Source: a virus
Lineage: Duplodnaviria; Caudoviricetes
DNA: 31,693 nt
Direction: 5' to 3' (one strand)
IMG/VR virus record: IMGVR_UViG_3300020045_002481
Location: 1-31,693 of that record
Made by a program: the position numbers and the translations under genes. Of this stretch, positions 26,950 to 31,693 are shown piece by piece (positions within the stretch are counted from its first letter, which is position 1; each line of letters begins with the position of its first letter). A model generated the notes under the pieces. That model was given only the letters and a program-made list of their open reading frames with translations. It made no database searches and was not told the DNA's origin.

Positions 26950-28491
26950 TTATACCCCAAAAATTGGATCGACGGGACGATAACCCCGACTTTGGCTAGG
27001 ATCGTAGTCAAACAGATTACTACGAGGACGAGACATAACTCCATAGCGGAGTGCGTCATACAGGTGATCTTCCGAGTTGGTATCCACGTCTTCTGGGTTG
27101 TTTTTATCCAGAGGAAGGTTAGGCAACTGGGCGATCAGGTTCTTGCAGGTATTGAAGATGACCAGTTTTGGTTCACCAGTAAATTCATCAATCTGCAAGC
27201 GACGGTGGATTTGGTTTTTACCAGCAACCCTAGAACCTTTAGAGCGGTCCGCTGGACGCCACCGACAACCACGAGAAATCATCTGTTCTGCAAGAGAAGG
27301 TCCACGATCACCACGGTTGTGCCAGAGAGAGCTGTCCAGAACACCGTAATTAATGCGTTCCCCGTACTCTTCTTCCAAGATCATCCCCGCCAGATCATAA
27401 GCAGTTACTTTGGAAGTGAACAACTCACGATAGACAATTAGTTGTTCCGTTTTCGGCTCAACTGCGAACCAAAGTACGCCAGAATGAGAGCCATAGCCAT
27501 AGTCCGCAGCGCGAAACTTCGTCCAAGAATTGGGGATATCAAACGGCTCAATGACATGAATAGCCCTGTTAAATTCTGTGAAGGCTGCACCTTCGTTTAC
27601 GTCCCAATCACCATAAAGCAGTTGCTTACGTTGTTGCTCAGGGAGCGAGAGAAGGTTAGCTTCGTAGTTACCGTCTTCTGCAAGATAAGGGTTATCAAAC
27701 AGGGTTGCAGGAATAAACCTACGCTTAAACAGGGGTTGACCTTCTTTGGAGTGACCCTTAGGCCACTGAAGAACTTCCCCTGTGTCAATATCTGTAGCCC
27801 AGAAAGGTGTATTCGCTGGGGCAGCGTCAACGAACATCTTCTTGACCCACCCGTGACCGGGACCACCGGGGTTAGTCGTAGCGCGTTGGTAAAGCTTTAA
27901 CCCAGAGCCAGTTGTAGTACGAAGACGAGAACGCATAAAGTTCCAAGAGTAAGGGCTGGCCCACTGAGTAAGCTCGTCAAATCCGATCCAGCTAAAAGCC
28001 TGTCCACGATAACGTTCAACGTCATCATCAGATTCCAGATAACCCATCCAGAGCGATGCCCCAGAAGGAAAGACCCAAGTCTTGTCTCGCTCAAGCCAAC
28101 GGTTGTTAGGATTTAGAGCGGGATATAGACGCTTAGAGGTAGATATGAGTTCTCGTAGTTCGTCGTTAGTTCTTCGGACAAGTAGCCCACGGAAGTGTCC
28201 GTTGTCGAAATATCTAACGGGGTCCGCAACCATGGCAAAAGACTTACCACCACCGCCAGCCCCACCGTAGAGAACCTCTTGCTCTGAGGCAGAAAGAAAA
28301 TCTTCCTGAGGTCCGGGGTTTGGCTTAAAGATAAATTCACGTTCAAACTTCTCTAGATCAGTCGCCGCTGGCTTCGGTTGCGCTGGCACCGAGTCTACTA
28401 TTTTTAAGTTCTTCTGCTTTGCGGACGAGCGCCTCGTACCTTTTGGCGAGAGTCGCGTACGAGACGGTTTGTCTTTTACGTTTTCGTTCAA
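26950..28491 (-). CDS. terL: Terminase large subunit (second phage); start uncertain
   Basis: LYGGAGGGGKS Walker A, IGFDELTQ Walker B, ATTNPGG, AADYG and EDHLYDALRY. Confidence 0.92.
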   Translation of the reverse strand: MNENVKDKPSRTRLSPKGTRRSSAKQKNLKIVDSVPAQPKPAATDLEKFEREFIFKPNPGPQEDFLSASEQEVLYGGAGGGGKSFAMVADPVRYFDNGHFRGLLVRRTNDELRELISTSKRLYPALNPNNRWLERDKTWVFPSGASLWMGYLESDDDVERYRGQAFSWIGFDELTQWASPYSWNFMRSRLRTTTGSGLKLYQRATTNPGGPGHGWVKKMFVDAAPANTPFWATDIDTGEVLQWPKGHSKEGQPLFKRRFIPATLFDNPYLAEDGNYEANLLSLPEQQRKQLLYGDWDVNEGAAFTEFNRAIHVIEPFDIPNSWTKFRAADYGYGSHSGVLWFAVEPKTEQLIVYRELFTSKVTAYDLAGMILEEEYGERINYGVLDSSLWHNRGDRGPSLAEQMISRGCRWRPADRSKGSRVAGKNQIHRRLQIDEFTGEPKLVIFNTCKNLIAQLPNLPLDKNNPEDVDTNSEDHLYDALRYGVMSRPRSNLFDYDPSQSRGYRPVDPIFGV

Positions 28492-28768
28492 CTTTTACTC
28501 TTTGCAATAACCCGGTATGGGTGATAGAACGTCCGCTGTTCTCTGAAAGCCACGCTGCTACAGAGCGAGAGCTATATTTTTTAAGGTGTTTCTTGGCTTG
28601 TTCCAGAAGCTCTAGTTCCGAGGGAATTGGTAAGAGCATTTTGTTATCTTCAGGATCAAGCTCATACCCAAACGGGATAACAGAGCCTAGACGAGGGATT
28701 GGTTTCCAAGTACCAGACTCTTTATCCTTTGGTGGAAAGATATTACCTTCGATTGCAACTCTACTCAT
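28358..28768 (-). CDS. Conserved DNA-binding protein between the TerS-like gene and terL
   Basis: ATG at 28768 overlaps the upstream stop; IPFGYE and an HTH-like YSSRSVAAWLSENSGRSITHTGL segment. Confidence 0.7.
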   Translation of the reverse strand: MSRVAIEGNIFPPKDKESGTWKPIPRLGSVIPFGYELDPEDNKMLLPIPSELELLEQAKKHLKKYSSRSVAAWLSENSGRSITHTGLLQRVKVERKRKRQTVSYATLAKRYEALVRKAEELKNSRLGASATEASGD

Positions 28769-29123
28769 CACGTTTCGCTGGAAGAATAAACAGCGGAGAA
28801 TCGTTCTTGATTTCCACCTTTTCCGTTTTGGCAAAACCACTACGATCAAGAATATCCTTAGCAGCAGCCATCTTCTCTTTGTTACCAAAGTCAGTTGGTT
28901 TGGTCATTACCTCAGACATGGAATAAGCAGCTTTGGTAGCCGAGCGAAGAAGAAACTTCCGAGTAAGCTCTTCAATCTCTTCTTGCAGGGCATTAACTAC
29001 TTGAGAGGTTGCAACGTTAGGGCTGTACCCCGCCAGATTTTTAGCAACAGCAGCATCGCCCTTGGCGTCTTCAAAAAGAACATCAAGGAACTTCTGTTGC
29101 ATTTCTGTAAGTTGCTTAGCCAT
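28761..29123 (-). CDS. Putative terminase small subunit
   Basis: LTEMQQKFL...AKNLAGYS HTH and AAKDILDRSG; AGGA SD-like site upstream. Confidence 0.72.
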   Translation of the reverse strand: MAKQLTEMQQKFLDVLFEDAKGDAAVAKNLAGYSPNVATSQVVNALQEEIEELTRKFLLRSATKAAYSMSEVMTKPTDFGNKEKMAAAKDILDRSGFAKTEKVEIKNDSPLFILPAKRDE

Positions 29124-29133
29124 TCAATTTCCT

Positions 29134-29229
29134 TTACTGAGGATTTGTAGAGTATACATTATGATTGTGATAAACACAAGCATAAGTTGGTGTTGCAAGT
29201 AGAATAAGCATTAGTGCAAGTGTTTTCAT
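29134..29229 (-). CDS. 31-aa signal-peptide-like ORF (MKTLALMLILLATPTYACVYHNHNVYSTNPQ)
   Basis: AGGA SD-like site upstream of the ATG; fills the gap between the G8 gene and the TerS-like gene. Confidence 0.5.
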   Translation of the reverse strand: MKTLALMLILLATPTYACVYHNHNVYSTNPQ

Positions 29230-29241
29230 TTATAGTTCCTA

Positions 29242-31693
29242 TTAGAGAGGCAACATACTCTCATACTGACTTGGTAGTGCACCATTCAGAGTCAGGGTAC
29301 CGGGACCATAAACACCTGAGACAACTGTTCCCCCAAGGCCTTTCCACCGGTTCTCGGTGTGTTGGATAACAACAGGGTTTGTAAAAACAGTCTGAACACC
29401 TGTGCGACGATCAGTTACAAAGTCTGTCATCAAAAGGACCAGCCTTCCGTTAGCCGAAGTATAGTATCCGTCGCCCCTCAAGACACCTTCAAGTTGAACG
29501 TTATCCCAACCATCATGAACACGAGCTTCGTCTGAACCACGGTAGGTAAGAGAAAGGCTATCCGTCTTGTCAGCGTTCCGCTTTACATCGTTAGTCGAAA
29601 TCCAAGTCAAACCTTCGTAACCCACAATCATTCGCCCCGGAACTACTTCCGCAGCAGTCCAGTTACGCCAACGAGTTGGTGGATAGTTCGGAGAAAGGGT
29701 GTTAGAGTATTGTTGAATTTGTTTCCCCGGATTGGCTGGGTCTTCAATCTCTTGGTTATAAATCCAAGTGCAATCTTCTATAATTGGGTCAAGTACACCA
29801 TTTGCAGCTATCGTTTCACCATTGACTTGACGGTTACCCGGACAGATAGCAGCTTTAAAGTTTGTGATCCTCGGGTTAATCCAAACTTGGTCTTTACTGT
29901 CTGTACCAAGCATAATACCAGATGCGTAGTAGTTGATTACATCAGGGCAAGTCCTAGCTTCTCCCCCTTTTGTCGGTAAACCATTAGAAGGGTTGATTCT
30001 AAGTCCAATAGCATCTAGATTAAGATAAGAGTAGCGATGGGTGTACTCTGGGTCTACACTGTTACCAGCACACTCCCATACAAGCAAACCATCAATCATG
30101 CTCCTCGTTTGATGACCTTGGTTAGGTGTGGAGCGTACAACTACAAAACCCTGAGTACAACCACAAAACTCGTTGTCTTTAAACTCTTCAAACGCAATTC
30201 GTCCAATACCAACTTTTGCACTGCCAGCCAGACCAACCCATGGTTTTTGTTCTGTAAGAGTCTCAACCTTTGGTTCGTCAATAACTTCTAGTGCACGAAG
30301 GCCCATGGCAAAGCCAATATTAACATGCCATGCGAGGTTATTACGGAAGTGAATGATCCGGCTAGCAGACCAGTACCCGTTCCCATTTCTACCGGTTGCA
30401 AAAGGAGACTTGTTCTTCTCTTGTCCGGTACCCGAACGGAAATCAACACTGGGGATAAGCATAAGAGCAAGATTGCCGTCCCAAATACCAGTCTCATCTC
30501 CCTTTTCACCAACAAAGGCAGAGCCTTTAAAGTTACGAACGGTGTTGCGAAGTAGTTGAGCTTTACCAGAGTGATGCGCAATACCCCAACCCGGAGTACC
30601 CTCAATGAAGCAGTTTTCAGCAATAGCTGCATCACACAAGCACAAAGGGTCTGTCGTATACTGGCAAGGTTCAAGGTGAACATGGCCCGTCCTGTGGAAG
30701 TGCACAGGATAACGACCAGTAATATTGCTATCTACGTCCCATGTACCATCAACGTTGGGATGAAGATCAACACCAATAAGTTGGGGATCGTCGTTATAAA
30801 ATCCTGACGCCGGAAACACTGGATCAGGGTCAGCAGCACCGTTAAAAGGCGCGTTAATAGGCAGAAGCTTGTAGATATCTGCGTCTTCGCCCGGACGAGA
30901 CTTTCTTGTACGACCCATATATTCAAACCGTACACCATAAAGGTTTGTACGTCGAGCATGCATGGAGATGGTATGCGCACGGCGATGGGAGACAACGCCC
31001 TCTGGCGAACCAACAATGATATTCCTGTTCATGTTGACGACCGGGATCACAGTCTTTTTCAGGCCGGTATCTACGGGACGATAACCATCATGATTATAGA
31101 TCAACGCAGGGGTAAAGTTAACGACGTTATCTACAACAGAGGTAATTGTTACAACTTCTTCTTGGTCATCGTCTGGCCAGCTTTCGGTAGAACCCGGTTT
31201 ACGCTTACCACGGTAGTAGGCAGGGGGAATGCTAAGCTGATGACCTGCAACCCAACCAGTAGGTACAGACGCAAGTGTGACAGAAGTGTTACCAATAAGG
31301 GGGTGAACAGCTACTTTGACATAAGGGGTAATATTAGCCCCAGTCATCTTCCAAAGGCCGTAGTTAATAATACCACGCCCCATCAACCAAGGATCAACCG
31401 AAAGGGCTGGGTTAAGGTCAGTATCACCGGGGAAACGAATTACGCAAGTCTTATCAGCTTGGATCGGGTTGGTGTCCGTTCCAATTTCAAGGTAGCCCTG
31501 AAGGTCAACAAAGATTGTATCAACAAACAGACGAGTGTTGACGTCATGCTTAAAGGTTAGCTTTCCGTCGCAACGAATAGCTTCAATAGCTTCCGTACGA
31601 AGTGGGGCCAACACGTTAGCCGCAGTCATTTCAATATCAAAGGTAACCGTGATCCCAAGAGGAATCAGGACGATTTCACCCGGAAGAGGTGCA
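29242..31693 (-). CDS. G8-domain plus parallel beta-helix protein (TMEM2/CEMIP/fibrocystin-like architecture), 5'-partial
   Basis: Frame open to the window end (PLPGEIVLIPLGITVTFD); GKLTF, GYLEIGT..NPI, RGII..G and GRYPVHFH, followed by PbH1-like repeats. Confidence 0.8.
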   Translation of the reverse strand, partial: APLPGEIVLIPLGITVTFDIEMTAANVLAPLRTEAIEAIRCDGKLTFKHDVNTRLFVDTIFVDLQGYLEIGTDTNPIQADKTCVIRFPGDTDLNPALSVDPWLMGRGIINYGLWKMTGANITPYVKVAVHPLIGNTSVTLASVPTGWVAGHQLSIPPAYYRGKRKPGSTESWPDDDQEEVVTITSVVDNVVNFTPALIYNHDGYRPVDTGLKKTVIPVVNMNRNIIVGSPEGVVSHRRAHTISMHARRTNLYGVRFEYMGRTRKSRPGEDADIYKLLPINAPFNGAADPDPVFPASGFYNDDPQLIGVDLHPNVDGTWDVDSNITGRYPVHFHRTGHVHLEPCQYTTDPLCLCDAAIAENCFIEGTPGWGIAHHSGKAQLLRNTVRNFKGSAFVGEKGDETGIWDGNLALMLIPSVDFRSGTGQEKNKSPFATGRNGNGYWSASRIIHFRNNLAWHVNIGFAMGLRALEVIDEPKVETLTEQKPWVGLAGSAKVGIGRIAFEEFKDNEFCGCTQGFVVVRSTPNQGHQTRSMIDGLLVWECAGNSVDPEYTHRYSYLNLDAIGLRINPSNGLPTKGGEARTCPDVINYYASGIMLGTDSKDQVWINPRITNFKAAICPGNRQVNGETIAANGVLDPIIEDCTWIYNQEIEDPANPGKQIQQYSNTLSPNYPPTRWRNWTAAEVVPGRMIVGYEGLTWISTNDVKRNADKTDSLSLTYRGSDEARVHDGWDNVQLEGVLRGDGYYTSANGRLVLLMTDFVTDRRTGVQTVFTNPVVIQHTENRWKGLGGTVVSGVYGPGTLTLNGALPSQYESMLPL

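Noticed and set aside
26944-26952. terL and portal in the same frame separated by TAA-CCT (possible read-through fusion)
   Set aside because: Same-frame adjacency has a one-in-three chance, TAA is rarely read through, and the portal has its own candidate starts.
25447-27441. 664-aa antisense ORF opposite portal and terL
   Set aside because: No recognisable motifs. It mirrors two sense genes that share a frame, as expected for a shadow ORF.

Overview
The window holds parts of two unrelated tailed-phage genomes joined head-on. Block A (1 to ~23,910, mostly + strand, no Shine-Dalgarno sites, so probably a Bacteroidota host) is the packaging and virion module of a crAss-like phage (Crassvirales). 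It encodes a RepL-like protein, a PD-(D/E)XK nuclease, an HU/IHF-like protein, a terminase large subunit with an Ala1 class-3-type LAGLIDADG intein, portal, three tandem paralogous small genes, scaffold, major capsid, ring and auxiliary capsid proteins, and a muzzle protein with three cadherin repeats that is cut off at the junction. Block B (~23,910 to 31,693, all - strand, SD-like sites at some starts) is the packaging module of a proteobacterial podovirus (HMO-2011/Zobellviridae-like by recall). It encodes a G8-domain beta-helix protein, a TerS-like protein, TerL, portal and a truncated virion protein. The first 2.6 kb is locally scrambled: a 210-bp inverted, synonymously diverged gene duplication flanks a potentially invertible N-terminal segment, and an Acb2/Tad1-like anti-defence gene is split into halves on opposite strands. 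These could be real inversion switches or assembly/amplification chimeras, and only read data can decide. All family assignments come from motif recognition and synteny, not database searches.
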